DNA of 56,834 nucleotides from Blastocatellia bacterium (GCA_031398365.1 JANNND010000012.1:1-56834); one strand, 5' to 3'. Counted from the first letter of the stretch, positions 47,826 to 56,834 are shown. The notes: generated from the sequence alone by a model not told the origin. Program-made: numbers and translations.

Positions 47826-49127
47826 TCAAACTACGGGCGCTGTTTCCAGCGCGGCTAGCGATGAGTAATTAAAGCGTGACCACGTGGTAAGTTCCTGTCG
47901 CCCCAAAGAAGGGACACGACGTGGTGTCTCGAGTCTGGCTAAGCGGCGCTTGAGTTGTACCGCAAGCTCTTCAGCAAAAGGACTCATCTGGTCTGGTCGC
48001 AAATCGGCCCGCAACAGCTTTTGCATTTGTTGTTCCGTTTTGCGGCGATAATCACTGACAGTCGAATCTGAAATCTCCAGCATTGCCGCAATGGCAAGTT
48101 GCGAAGGCTGGTCAGGATCAAAGTAGGTGTGCCAAAGGATGCGCCAAAACTTATGCATACGATCTCGTTGGGAGCGCGCTGCCTTTTCCAACTGATCGAG
48201 AAAATCATGTGCTGCCTGCCGGGCCAAAAAATCCTGCTCACGTTGTAGGTTGATTTGCTCGGGACAGGCGTGACTGGAAATTAGCATTTTTTCCCAACTA
48301 TGACTTTTCTCCTCACGCTCTATGACTTGTTCGATGGAGGACACAACCGCATCATAAACAGGCAGTTTGGATAAAGCCAAAGATCGCAACACGCGCAACG
48401 AGATGGGAGAGTCCACGGCCTGAAAAATTTCAACCAGCAAATCGCTCAATTCCTGATTCGTGACAATAAGTTGTGCGTCACCTTTACAGCCAACGCGCCG
48501 ACGGTTACGAACTCGCATCGGAACATGAGCGATCAAATCTTCAAATTTGCCATTGTCTTTAATCAATTTGTCAATTGTCCAATGACGCAGCCCATAAATC
48601 ACGTGAACGGCCTGCCGATAGCGCCCCGGTTGATGCGACTCCGGGTGGCGAATGACGCGAAAATCAGGTTCGGACTCTAAGACCATACTGATCCGCCGCA
48701 CAATTCGATAGTTTTCGGGTTGCCGCTGCCGCAATCGGCCAATTAACATATTGGTTAACTCCACCTGAAAGATTTCCCGTTCTATCTCCGCATCCGTCAG
48801 TTGTCCTTGTGCGTAGTGATTGAACCGTGATTTTTCTAATAGAAGTAGATATAGATCCTGCGTCAAATCCGGCAACGAGAGTAAGCAGGTTGTGGTTTTG
48901 GGATTATGTTGGTTGCGTTGAGCTGAGCGCACCAAGGGATGAATCGAAACCAGCCGATGAAGTGATTGCCACAATAAAGCAGCATCATTATTTTCTAGTA
49001 AAAATTTCCAAGACTTGTGAGGTACAAATTTCATTACAAAACCCGTGAGGTTCAGGTCTCTGAGAGGGGAGGGTAGACCTAAGGCATCGCAGCAAACAGA
49101 CAATTTCGCTCGACGCGAATTTGACAA
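47826..49127 (-). CDS. Orphan protein with sigma-70 region-2-like and region-4-like segments separated by a roughly 250-aa insert
   Basis: DLTQDLYLLLLEKSRFNHY is region-2-like. QLAIAAMLEISDSTVSDYRRKTEQQMQKLL is like a region 4.2 HTH. Start uncertain (TTG at 49127 or ATG at 49034), with no clear SD. Confidence 0.45.
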   Translation of the reverse strand: MSNSRRAKLSVCCDALGLPSPLRDLNLTGFVMKFVPHKSWKFLLENNDAALLWQSLHRLVSIHPLVRSAQRNQHNPKTTTCLLSLPDLTQDLYLLLLEKSRFNHYAQGQLTDAEIEREIFQVELTNMLIGRLRQRQPENYRIVRRISMVLESEPDFRVIRHPESHQPGRYRQAVHVIYGLRHWTIDKLIKDNGKFEDLIAHVPMRVRNRRRVGCKGDAQLIVTNQELSDLLVEIFQAVDSPISLRVLRSLALSKLPVYDAVVSSIEQVIEREEKSHSWEKMLISSHACPEQINLQREQDFLARQAAHDFLDQLEKAARSQRDRMHKFWRILWHTYFDPDQPSQLAIAAMLEISDSTVSDYRRKTEQQMQKLLRADLRPDQMSPFAEELAVQLKRRLARLETPRRVPSLGRQELTTWSRFNYSSLAALETAPVV

Positions 49128-49437
49128 ATAACTTAAATCAGTAATTGGGAGAGAAACCTAGCTTGAAGCGCACTAATACACGCCTCAATTAAGTTATAAC
49201 TAAGATATATAATGATGGCGAGGTGGTTTCCTGCCGGGGGAACAACCTATTAATCAACAAAGAGCTATCTATTCAACTTGATGCTGACAAGCTGAAATCT
49301 GGCACCAATAGCAACGGGCTGCAAGTCGACAAAAAGCATCTGGCAAATTCGGCTTTCTGTCCAGTGAGGGCAGTCACGCAATTGCAAAAGAATAGTAGAT
49401 AGAAAGGTCTATTTACTATCCGTATTCATCTGTAATC

Positions 49438-49536
49438 AAAAAACCTGCCCGATTCGGGCGAGACTCTAACAGCGCATAGTGGATTGCGCTGCCGAGCTTA
49501 ATTGAAAGTTTCATTAACTCAATGGCGCGCATTATA
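49438..49536 (-). ncRNA. Candidate small RNA (about 87 nt) in a 725-nt gene-free spacer
   Basis: On the minus strand: TATAAT at 49536-49531, a 7-bp hairpin cagcgca/tgcgctg, then GC stem gcccg-aat-cgggc followed by T6 (49460-49438). Only ORFs of 38 aa or less, none with an SD. Confidence 0.3.
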
Positions 49537-49864
49537 GTCAGAAGGTGGTTTTGTCGCCAGCTTTTTTTCGAGACTTCGGCAGTTTTTCAGCATCTGCGCT
49601 ATAAAGACCTGCGAAGATGATGATTTCTGCTTCTGAATTTATTAACGAGTCTATTTGTTCTAATTTCTTCGGTTGCCACCCGTATGTTATTTAGCCTCTG
49701 AAGTTTCTCCCGACGACAGTTTTAATTAGAAAGTGCTGGCGCGAATTATCAGAAAGGAATATGATCTCGGCGTCGTTTCCCTTTCAACCTAACGCTTCTT
49801 ACCATGGAGCAACGTTCTAGCAATAGCCCAAATAGTACGGTGTAGTTGCTAATTGGAGGTCGCC

Positions 49865-51094
49865 ATGCAAAACATAATTTCTCGGTTTGGATTTCTCGCG
49901 CTCACGCTGCTTTTGCTTGCCCCGCTGGCACAGGCGCAATACCTCGTTTCCAGCAAAGCCGGATTCGTCAATCGCGTTGAAGGCACAGTAAATCTGAAAT
50001 CATCAGACAGCGCCCTTGAGTCGCTAGGCAAAGCTTCGATGGGAACACAAATGAAAGAAGGGGATCGTCTTTCAACCAGCGTTGATAGTCACGCTGAATT
50101 GTTGCTTTCGCCCGGCTCATATTTGCGGCTGAATGAAAAAACGCAGATCGAAGCTGTACGCACGATGTTTGATAGTACCCGCTTTGATGTGATTCAAGGA
50201 TCAGTCATTCTGGAAATCGGAGAAATTGACAGGAAATTGCCGCTCGAAATCGGAACGCCACGAAGTGTTGTCGCGATCAATAAGATGGGGATTTATCGAA
50301 TTGATGTGGTGGGCCAAGACGTGGCGGTCAGCGTGCGTAAAGGCGAGGCTTATTTGGGTACGCGCGAGCAATTGCTTGCCAAGAGCGCGAGCAAGATAGG
50401 CGGCAACAAAGTGTATCGGTTGATCGGTGATGCCGCGCCGCAAACGGCTAAACTCAGTACCAAAGTTTTTGATGCATTCGATCAATGGAGCTTTTTACAA
50501 GCGGAATCCTTAGTCGCGGCAAATTATGGAACGCTGACCAGAGCGCGTTCGCGCGGCGCACTGCTTTCCGGCTGGATTTATGATCCGTTCAGCAATCGCT
50601 ACACCTTCATTCCCGGTTCGTGGCGCTACGCCACACCCTATGGTTTTGCCTACTATAGTCGGTATGGAGATTGTGATTGGTGCTGGGGCGGGATGAATTA
50701 TTATCCTTACTATGGCAGCAGTTATCCTACGGGTGGAAGCACCAACGCTAGTGGCAACACTCAACCCAGTGCGCCCGCACGTGTGACAATGGATGATCGT
50801 GTGGCTGGACGCACCTATACGCAGCGCGATGTTCCCAGCCGTCAAGTAGAACCCTATTCGCGTCCAAACGTATTTTATCCAGTTGAAAGGTCATCAGGAG
50901 ATAGCAGTAGAAGCGATGGCGGATCAGTTTTTGATTCGTCACGATCAACGAATAGTTCATCCCCTGGTTATTCATCACCAGCCCCTTCAGCGCCTAGCCG
51001 GGTTGATGTCAGCCCCTCGCCTTCAAGCGGCGGAGATCGTGGCGGTGGCGGACGTGGAGATACGGCAAGAACTCCCAGCAATCGCGGCAATTAA
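49865..51094 (+). CDS. Secreted FecR-domain protein with a Ser/Gly/Arg-rich low-complexity tail
   Basis: The ATG at 49865 follows GGAGG. Signal peptide ...LLLAPLAQAQ. FecR-like block VNRVEGTVNLKS...GDRLSTSVDSHAELLLSPGSYLRLNEKTQI. Confidence 0.7.
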   Translation: MQNIISRFGFLALTLLLLAPLAQAQYLVSSKAGFVNRVEGTVNLKSSDSALESLGKASMGTQMKEGDRLSTSVDSHAELLLSPGSYLRLNEKTQIEAVRTMFDSTRFDVIQGSVILEIGEIDRKLPLEIGTPRSVVAINKMGIYRIDVVGQDVAVSVRKGEAYLGTREQLLAKSASKIGGNKVYRLIGDAAPQTAKLSTKVFDAFDQWSFLQAESLVAANYGTLTRARSRGALLSGWIYDPFSNRYTFIPGSWRYATPYGFAYYSRYGDCDWCWGGMNYYPYYGSSYPTGGSTNASGNTQPSAPARVTMDDRVAGRTYTQRDVPSRQVEPYSRPNVFYPVERSSGDSSRSDGGSVFDSSRSTNSSSPGYSSPAPSAPSRVDVSPSPSSGGDRGGGGRGDTARTPSNRGN

Positions 51095-51119
51095 ATAGTC
51101 CTGAGAACATAGTCATTGC

Positions 51120-51171
51120 AAAAAGCTGAAGGGCCGAGTGAATTTTAGTTCACTCGGCCCTTCAGCTTTTT
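51120..51171. terminator. Bidirectional rho-independent terminator
   Basis: 18-bp perfect stem gctgaagggccgagtgaa/ttcactcggcccttcagc with loop ttttag, flanked by A5 and T5. Confidence 0.9.
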
Positions 51172-51205
51172 CGTCAACCTTAAGCCGACAATTTGTTCAT
51201 CGTTC

Positions 51206-51826
51206 CTATTGCTTGCCAGCAGTGGACGCTTCAAGCTTCTTTTCCTCAGGTTTTGTTGCACTGCTTGTTGGACTTGGAGTTGGACTTGCTTCTGGGTTCT
51301 TTTCTTCCCAATCCGCAATGGCTAAGCGTTCTGACTCACCAATCGTTTCCTTGACGAGCGTCAAAGGAATATAAATCGTTTCATTCTTCTCGAAATAATA
51401 CGTGACGCCTATCGTAACGCTATTGTCGGTTAGCGCCACAATATTTTCAGTCAATGGAACAGCTTCAATGACCTTTTCGTCCTTACCTTTGCGCTGGGCT
51501 AATAATGTTTCGCGGAAGGTTTTCTGGGAGTCTGTCAATTTCTTTTGCGCGTTAGCCGTGAGTAGCGCTTGAGCTTGATCGAAATTGCCTTCTTTAATGA
51601 GTTGATTGAATTTATAGAGCAACTCATTAACCTGCTTAGGATCATTCACCGCGATGGCTGGCGGCGGCGGCGCTACAATCCGATTGGAAACCTTGCGATA
51701 CACAGCAAATGCTCCAAATAGAAAAAGGATTGCCACGACCCATAAAAGGATTGGCAACGATTGACTTGATTTCGGAGTGTCAGGACTGAGCGCTTCGTTG
51801 GTATCTTCAAATACAGTTCTCATCAA
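51206..51826 (-). CDS. Membrane-anchored hypothetical protein
   Basis: TM segment LPILLWVVAILFLFGAFAVY, then a soluble domain and a PTPSPTSS tail. No family recognised. Confidence 0.5.
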   Translation of the reverse strand: MMRTVFEDTNEALSPDTPKSSQSLPILLWVVAILFLFGAFAVYRKVSNRIVAPPPPAIAVNDPKQVNELLYKFNQLIKEGNFDQAQALLTANAQKKLTDSQKTFRETLLAQRKGKDEKVIEAVPLTENIVALTDNSVTIGVTYYFEKNETIYIPLTLVKETIGESERLAIADWEEKNPEASPTPSPTSSATKPEEKKLEASTAGKQ

Positions 51827-52003
51827 AACCTCGGTTTCAGTAGGAGAAATTGGTTAATATCATTGACAACTCTCACGTTAGCGCAGCAGACAGGTTGTGT
51901 CAAATTAGATGTTTTTCATTGCATCAGACGCCCGAGACCGCTAAGCTTCGCTCTTTGCTTTTAGTCTGTAATCATTACGAAAAAAGTCCCTGAAACAAAA
52001 CTT

Positions 52004-53278
52004 ATGTCCACCAAAACAACGCTTGGCATTCTAGGTCTCGGCACAGTTGGTACCGGTGTCGTCAAACTGCTCCGCGACAATCCGCAATTTGAAATTCGCG
52101 CGATTGCGGTGCGCGATACAAACAAAGCACGCGAAGTTGACCTCGCTGGTTTTCACGTTACTGACAACGCTTTTGAATTGGCCGACGATCCAAATATTGA
52201 AATTATCGTCGAGGTCGCAGGCGGTATCGGGCAAGTTCATGAAGTAGTCAAGCGGGCCATCAACAACGGCAAGCATATTATTACGGCGAATAAAGAAATG
52301 ATCGCCAAACACGGCCCTGAGATTTTTGAGGCTGCCAATCGTCACAACGTTACTGTTTTTTTTGAAGCCGCAGTCGGTGGTGGCATCCCCCTTATCTCCA
52401 CAATGCAGCGTGGCTTACAGGCCAATCGGATTTTCAAGGTCGCCGGCATCGTCAACGGTACGACCAATTACATTTTGACGATGATGGAGCAGGAAAAGAA
52501 ACCATTTGCCGAAGCCTTACGCGAAGCTCAAACCAAAGGCTATGCCGAAGCTGACCCAACCGATGACATCGAAGGCAATGACGTTGTTTACAAGATTGCC
52601 ATTCTGGCTTCGCTCGCCTTTCAATCGCCCGTCGAAGTCGGCAAAATTTATAAACAAGGCATCACCCAAATCAGCGACCTCGACATTCAACTGGCGAAAG
52701 AATTCGGTTATCGCATCAAGATGATTGGCCTGGCGCAACCCGTCGGCGACACCGGGAAAATTGATGTGCGGGCGCATCCGATGCTGGTGCCGCTGCATCA
52801 CCCATTGGCCAGCATTGAGGGAGTCAACAATGCAATTTTTATTAATGGCAGCGCGGTCGGCGAAGTAATGTTGTCCGGCCCCGGCGCAGGCCAATTCCCC
52901 ACGGCGAGCGCGGTCGTCGGTGACATTTTTAATTTGACCAGCGCGCTCAAGCTGCCGGATTTCGCGCGCTATTTTCAGCCTGCGATGAATTCGACGACTT
53001 GTGATGTGTGTCCGATTGAAGAAACGACCAACGCGTATTACATTCGCCTGGAAACGTTGGATGTGCCGGGCGTGATTGGGCATCTTGGTTTGGCCTGTGG
53101 CGAACACGGCGTGAGTTTGCTAGGTCTGGTGCAAAAAGGCGTAACGGATGAAGGCATTGCCACGATTGTTTTGCTCACGCATAAGGTCAAAGAAAGCCAA
53201 TTGCAAGCGGCCTTGCGCGATATTCGCAAACAAAGTACGACCAAAGAAATCCCGGTTGTGTTGCGTGTCTTGAGCTGA
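52004..53278 (+). CDS. hom: Homoserine dehydrogenase (with C-terminal ACT domain)
   Basis: LGILGLGTVGTGV, ITANKEMIAKHG, GIVNGTTNYILT and AQTKGYAEADPTDDIEG. Confidence 0.93.
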   Translation: MSTKTTLGILGLGTVGTGVVKLLRDNPQFEIRAIAVRDTNKAREVDLAGFHVTDNAFELADDPNIEIIVEVAGGIGQVHEVVKRAINNGKHIITANKEMIAKHGPEIFEAANRHNVTVFFEAAVGGGIPLISTMQRGLQANRIFKVAGIVNGTTNYILTMMEQEKKPFAEALREAQTKGYAEADPTDDIEGNDVVYKIAILASLAFQSPVEVGKIYKQGITQISDLDIQLAKEFGYRIKMIGLAQPVGDTGKIDVRAHPMLVPLHHPLASIEGVNNAIFINGSAVGEVMLSGPGAGQFPTASAVVGDIFNLTSALKLPDFARYFQPAMNSTTCDVCPIEETTNAYYIRLETLDVPGVIGHLGLACGEHGVSLLGLVQKGVTDEGIATIVLLTHKVKESQLQAALRDIRKQSTTKEIPVVLRVLS

Positions 53279-53287
53279 TGTAAAATA

Positions 53288-53421
53288 AATCAAAAGGCAA
53301 AAGGCAAATCTCAAACAGTCGCAACTGGCGGCAAAAGGTCGGCACTTCGTTAATTATCAATTCTCAATTGACCATTGATAATTATTTTTGACATTTGCCT
53401 TTTGACATTTGCCCTTTGATT
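53288..53421. repeat. Nested inverted repeats: outer heptad-armed IR (RGCAAAA-type, 3-4 versus 5 units) enclosing an 11-bp perfect AT-rich hairpin
   Basis: Outer arms are aatcaaaaggcaaaaggcaaatctcaaa (53288-53315) and tttgaca tttgcct tttgaca tttgccc tttgatt (53387-53421). The inner hairpin is taattatcaat (53351-61) / attgataatta (53374-84) followed by T5. Confidence 0.8.
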
Positions 53422-53436
53422 TCAGTGTTTCGGTCT

Positions 53437-55041
53437 ATGCCCCAACTAAAACTCGAAAACAGTCTGGTGGATGAACGCTACGAAGTGCGCGAGCGGCTGA
53501 GTTTGGGCAGCTATGCGGAAATCTTTGTCGCGCGCGACCGTCAGGCGAACGGGCAGGAAGTTGTTATCAAAGCGCTCAATACGCATCTGCAAGGCACGCC
53601 GGACGCTGATCTCGAAAATACCCTGATCGAAAATTTTCAGAACGAAGCCGTCGCACTGGATGCTGTGCGCCATCCACACATTATTTTACGGCTTGGTCAT
53701 GGCACTGCCGCAGATTTGAATGGCGTGCCATTTCACTACCTCGTGCTGGAATATTTGCCGGGCGGCGATTTACTGAGACTCTGTAAATCGCGTCCCGGCA
53801 ATGCGCTGGATTTGCAGAGCGCGTTGTCTTACTTCAAGCAGGTGTGTGAAGGGTTAGCCTATGCGCACAGCAAAGGCGTGATTCACCGTGACCTTAAGCC
53901 GAATAATTTTTTGCTCACCCGCGACCATTCCATGCTCAAAGTAGCGGACTTCGGCGTCGCCAAAATTGCACACGAAGAAAATGCCGAGATCACACGCGTC
54001 GGGGCTGACATTTATGCGCCGCCCGAACATCACCCCGACGAAGTGCGTGGGCGCATTGGACGCTTGACCGCCTCTGCCGACATCTATTCCCTAGCAAAAA
54101 GTTTTTATACTTTGCTGAGCGGGCGCGCACCTGCGCAATTCAGTTGCTGTCCCATTACGTCGCTGCCAGCAACGATCAGCCAGCAGCCCTGGGCGCAAAG
54201 TTTGCTGCGCGTCTTACAACGGGCAACCGCCGAAAAGCCACAGGATCGCCATGCCACGATCATTGAATTTTGGAGCGAGTTGGCAAACGTGGCAACGCAC
54301 ACGCAACCTGCCCCGAGTTTTGTCGCCAATGAAGATGATGTGACGCGCGTGCGCGTCAAAGAAATTACCAGAGAAATTAAAGATGAATTAAAGGTTGTCC
54401 CGCCCAAGATGCCTGCGAAGCCGGAACAGCCGGAATTCGTTTCCTTGTTGGAGGGGCCACCCCCGGATATTACGACTTCGACTCCTACCTCATTACCCGC
54501 AGTAGCAGATCGGCGCAAGATCATCGTTGATTTTGCGCCGCATAAGTCGGAGCCGCCCGCTGCCGTAGCGAATCCCGCACCTGCCAAATCACCTGCTCCA
54601 CCAATCCAATCCCGTGCCTCGCAAAACGCAGAGATTCCTATTGAGTCCTTTATGGCTCCCATGTGGCGGCGTATCGCGGTGGCAGTATTGGCGGTCTTAT
54701 TTCTGGCCACGCTCGTCAGCGTTTATCGGTATGCGCGCGCGCGGCGCACGAATATTCCCACGGCAAACACTCCGAGTAATCCGCCCGGCAGATTTTTCGG
54801 CGAGCAACTCGAGGTGATTACTGACGGTCTAACGGTGCGCAGCGGCCCCGGCGCAAATTTTGATAAATTGGGTGAGATCACGCAAAATTCCAAGCATAAA
54901 GTGTTGAGTAAAAATGCCAATGGCTGGGTGCAAATTGAGGTGAGCGAATGGAGTTCCAAATATCCGGCTGCCGCGCAAAAGCAGGGCTGGGTCAACGGTA
55001 ATGCAAAATTTGTTAACATCACAGCGCGGGGCTGGTTCTAA
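53437..55041 (+). CDS. Hanks-type Ser/Thr protein kinase with a TM segment and an extracytoplasmic SH3b-like domain
   Basis: VIKAL (Lys), HRDLKPNNFLL, DFG and APE motifs. TM segment IAVAVLAVLFLATLVSVY. C-terminus LTVRSGPGANFDKLGEI...NGWVQIEV. Confidence 0.88.
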   Translation: MPQLKLENSLVDERYEVRERLSLGSYAEIFVARDRQANGQEVVIKALNTHLQGTPDADLENTLIENFQNEAVALDAVRHPHIILRLGHGTAADLNGVPFHYLVLEYLPGGDLLRLCKSRPGNALDLQSALSYFKQVCEGLAYAHSKGVIHRDLKPNNFLLTRDHSMLKVADFGVAKIAHEENAEITRVGADIYAPPEHHPDEVRGRIGRLTASADIYSLAKSFYTLLSGRAPAQFSCCPITSLPATISQQPWAQSLLRVLQRATAEKPQDRHATIIEFWSELANVATHTQPAPSFVANEDDVTRVRVKEITREIKDELKVVPPKMPAKPEQPEFVSLLEGPPPDITTSTPTSLPAVADRRKIIVDFAPHKSEPPAAVANPAPAKSPAPPIQSRASQNAEIPIESFMAPMWRRIAVAVLAVLFLATLVSVYRYARARRTNIPTANTPSNPPGRFFGEQLEVITDGLTVRSGPGANFDKLGEITQNSKHKVLSKNANGWVQIEVSEWSSKYPAAAQKQGWVNGNAKFVNITARGWF

Positions 55042-55062
55042 CAATTTCGGATCGGAGCAATT

Positions 55063-55932
55063 ATGGGACTAAAAAATTTAATTGGCGATTTTCGCAAATG
55101 GCTTGATGGCGAGGATGCGGCTTCGCTCGCCCCTGAAGCGCCTCCGGCCCGGCGCGAATGGGAAGAGTTTTTGGTCTCAGTTGCCCGCGAAGTCGAAACC
55201 GCGATGCAGCGCGAGATGTTTACGCCGCCCGGCGGGCCGACGTACATTCCCCGCGAATACTTAGTGTTTTTAAGCAAAGCGGATGATTCACAATGGCAGG
55301 GCGACAAACGCGAAGGCTTACAACGCGGCCTTTATCACGTGCTCTCTGAACGCGCCAAAGAATTGATTAGTGACAAAGACGTCCAGACCAAAAGCTTTGC
55401 CTTGGAATTGCGCGTGGACGGCACGCTCGAAAAAGGACAGTTCCGCGTGCAACCCGTGTGGGACAGCACCGCGCCCAAAACAGAAGTGAAGCCGCGCCAA
55501 AAAATCGCCCCGCCTCCAGCTTCGGTGGCAGATATTGAAGAAACAATCACTGCTCCGGTCAGCGACAGCCCCGCTACCCTGGTGCGTCCGCGCGCGCCGC
55601 TTTTTGTGTTGGAGTTTAGTCGGAATGAGGAAGCGCCTGAAACCTTCGCCTGTCACAAACCGCAGATCAGCATTGGGCGCGGCGCAAAAGATATTCAAGT
55701 GGATTTGCGCCTGGATGGCGACCTGGAAATCAGCCGCAAACAGGCGACAATTGAACGTCTGGCAGAGGGCCGCTTTGCCGTGACGTGTGAAGGTCGTAAT
55801 GCGTTGGAAGTGGGCAGGCGCGAAGTTGTGCAAGGCGACCGCGTGGAGTTTGAGTCCGGCGATGCCATTCGGATTGGCATCTATCGCGTGCGCTGTCAGC
55901 CGCTCACGAATGTCGCACCGCCGGAAGCGTAA
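55063..55932 (+). CDS. FhaA-like protein (DUF3662-type N-domain plus C-terminal FHA domain)
   Basis: The N-terminus MGLKNLIGDFRKWLDG...VETAMQREM resembles FhaA. The FHA core is ISIGRGAKDIQVDLRLDGDLEISRKQATIE...NALEVGRREV. Confidence 0.8.
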   Translation: MGLKNLIGDFRKWLDGEDAASLAPEAPPARREWEEFLVSVAREVETAMQREMFTPPGGPTYIPREYLVFLSKADDSQWQGDKREGLQRGLYHVLSERAKELISDKDVQTKSFALELRVDGTLEKGQFRVQPVWDSTAPKTEVKPRQKIAPPPASVADIEETITAPVSDSPATLVRPRAPLFVLEFSRNEEAPETFACHKPQISIGRGAKDIQVDLRLDGDLEISRKQATIERLAEGRFAVTCEGRNALEVGRREVVQGDRVEFESGDAIRIGIYRVRCQPLTNVAPPEA

Positions 55933-56004
55933 AGAATTCCTGGCAACTTCCTGCGCCGTGCGGCGTTGAACTTAGACGGCCCTCAAATCAAAAGGAATTT
56001 CGTG

Positions 56005-56834
56005 ATGCGTAGTTTTGGTCGTCACTTTATTGTTGTTCTCATTCTGCTAACTTTTGCTGTTGCTATCCTCGCTCAGGACAAGCCCAAAGAAGAAGAAGTC
56101 AAAGAAGAGGTCCTACGTTTGGACACCAATCTGGTTTCCATTGACGTCGTCGTGACCAGCAAGACAGGCGCAAGAAGTCCTGCAAATCTGAAGGCCGAAG
56201 ATTTCGTGGTACTCGAAGATGGCGTGCGGCAAAAGATCGAAAATTTTGCCGCCACCGATGTGCCGTTCAATGTAGTGCTGTTGATTGACACGTCCGGCAG
56301 TACAAAGGATGAAACTGATTTCCTGAAAAAAGCTGCGAAGCGGTTTCTCAACGAAATGCGTCCGCAGGATCGCATTGCCATCATCGAACTTAATCAACGC
56401 GTAAGTGTGTTGGAAGAACTCACGGCTGACCGCGATAAGCTTGAACACGCAATTGATTTTCTGCAACCGGGAACAGGCACAGCCTTCTATGACGCGCTGC
56501 AAGTTACGCTGGAAGATGTCTTGAAAAAAGTGGAGGGGCGCAAAGCCATCATCGCGTTGACCGATGGCGTAGATTCGACCGGTGGCGCAACCTATGACGA
56601 AATTCTGCCGGAGATCGAAAAGTCCAGAGTCACCGCCTACATCCTTGAAGTGAACACCGAGGGCATCACTGAAAAAGGCATGATGATGGATTGCAATGAT
56701 GCAAAAAGCTTTCATTTTTCCCGCAAGCAATTGAAAAAGTATTTGCGCGAATATGCCGATGGCGCTGACGATTCGCAATACCAGGATCATTGCGAGCTGT
56801 CGCGCTTGGAGCGCATGCAAATTAATCGGCGGTT
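56005..56834 (+). CDS. VWA-domain protein of the acidobacterial VWFA-related type (3' end lies outside the window)
   Basis: Not in the ORF track because no stop falls in the window. Translation gives MRSFGRHFIVVLILLTFAVAILAQ (signal), LRLDTNLVSIDVVVTSK, FVVLEDGVRQKIENF and the MIDAS-like LLIDTSGS. Confidence 0.8.
   Translation, partial: MRSFGRHFIVVLILLTFAVAILAQDKPKEEEVKEEVLRLDTNLVSIDVVVTSKTGARSPANLKAEDFVVLEDGVRQKIENFAATDVPFNVVLLIDTSGSTKDETDFLKKAAKRFLNEMRPQDRIAIIELNQRVSVLEELTADRDKLEHAIDFLQPGTGTAFYDALQVTLEDVLKKVEGRKAIIALTDGVDSTGGATYDEILPEIEKSRVTAYILEVNTEGITEKGMMMDCNDAKSFHFSRKQLKKYLREYADGADDSQYQDHCELSRLERMQINRR

Noticed and set aside
47515-47868. 117-aa plus-strand ORF in the spacer upstream of the deacetylase operon
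   Set aside because: It is Ser/Arg/Leu-rich with no motifs, overlaps the 3' end of the sigma-like gene, and lies in a probable promoter region.
52517-56820. Long antisense ORFs opposite hom (196 aa), the kinase (201 aa), the FHA gene (171 aa) and the VWA gene (235 aa)
   Set aside because: Each lies opposite a gene with unmistakable motifs. The 56113-56820 ORF appears in the track only because the true plus-strand VWA gene has no stop inside the window.

Overview
This is a 56.8-kb chromosomal window of intermediate GC content, most likely from an Acidobacteriota genome. Pointers to that phylum are a TIGR03436-type VWFA protein at the 3' edge, PEP-CTERM-locus polysaccharide genes and an anti-sigma/TonB fusion. 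Most of it is housekeeping. On the minus strand: alr, an intein-containing dnaB, rplI-rpsR-rpsF, pth-ctc-prs-tRNA-Gln-ispE, fabI, dtd, pgsA, nadE, mglA/mglB, queD and the polysaccharide-export/modification genes. On the plus strand: ruvA/ruvB, queA, tRNA-Ala, purN, hom and a Ser/Thr kinase-FHA-VWA module. Seven things stand out. (1) A four-gene rex / class II aldolase / BMC-H / BMC-P operon, a very enzyme-poor microcompartment locus, ends in a decayed Rpn-family nuclease gene. (2) A methyltransferase / RNA-ligase / HD-Pnk end-healing-and-sealing cassette. (3) A class II Fic gene with an AT-rich unknown C-terminal domain is wedged between ruvA and ruvB. (4) A recurring class of intergenic hairpins has arms made of degenerate tandem 7-mers or 9-mers. 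(5) An orphan 433-aa protein with sigma-70-like regions lies divergent from a FecR-like gene across a 725-nt gene-free spacer that holds a candidate sRNA. (6) dnaB carries a 428-aa LAGLIDADG intein. (7) A secreted-protein gene is interrupted by one in-frame TAG. No CRISPR array, rRNA, integrase or intact transposase was seen. All functional calls rest on motif recognition by eye, with no database search.
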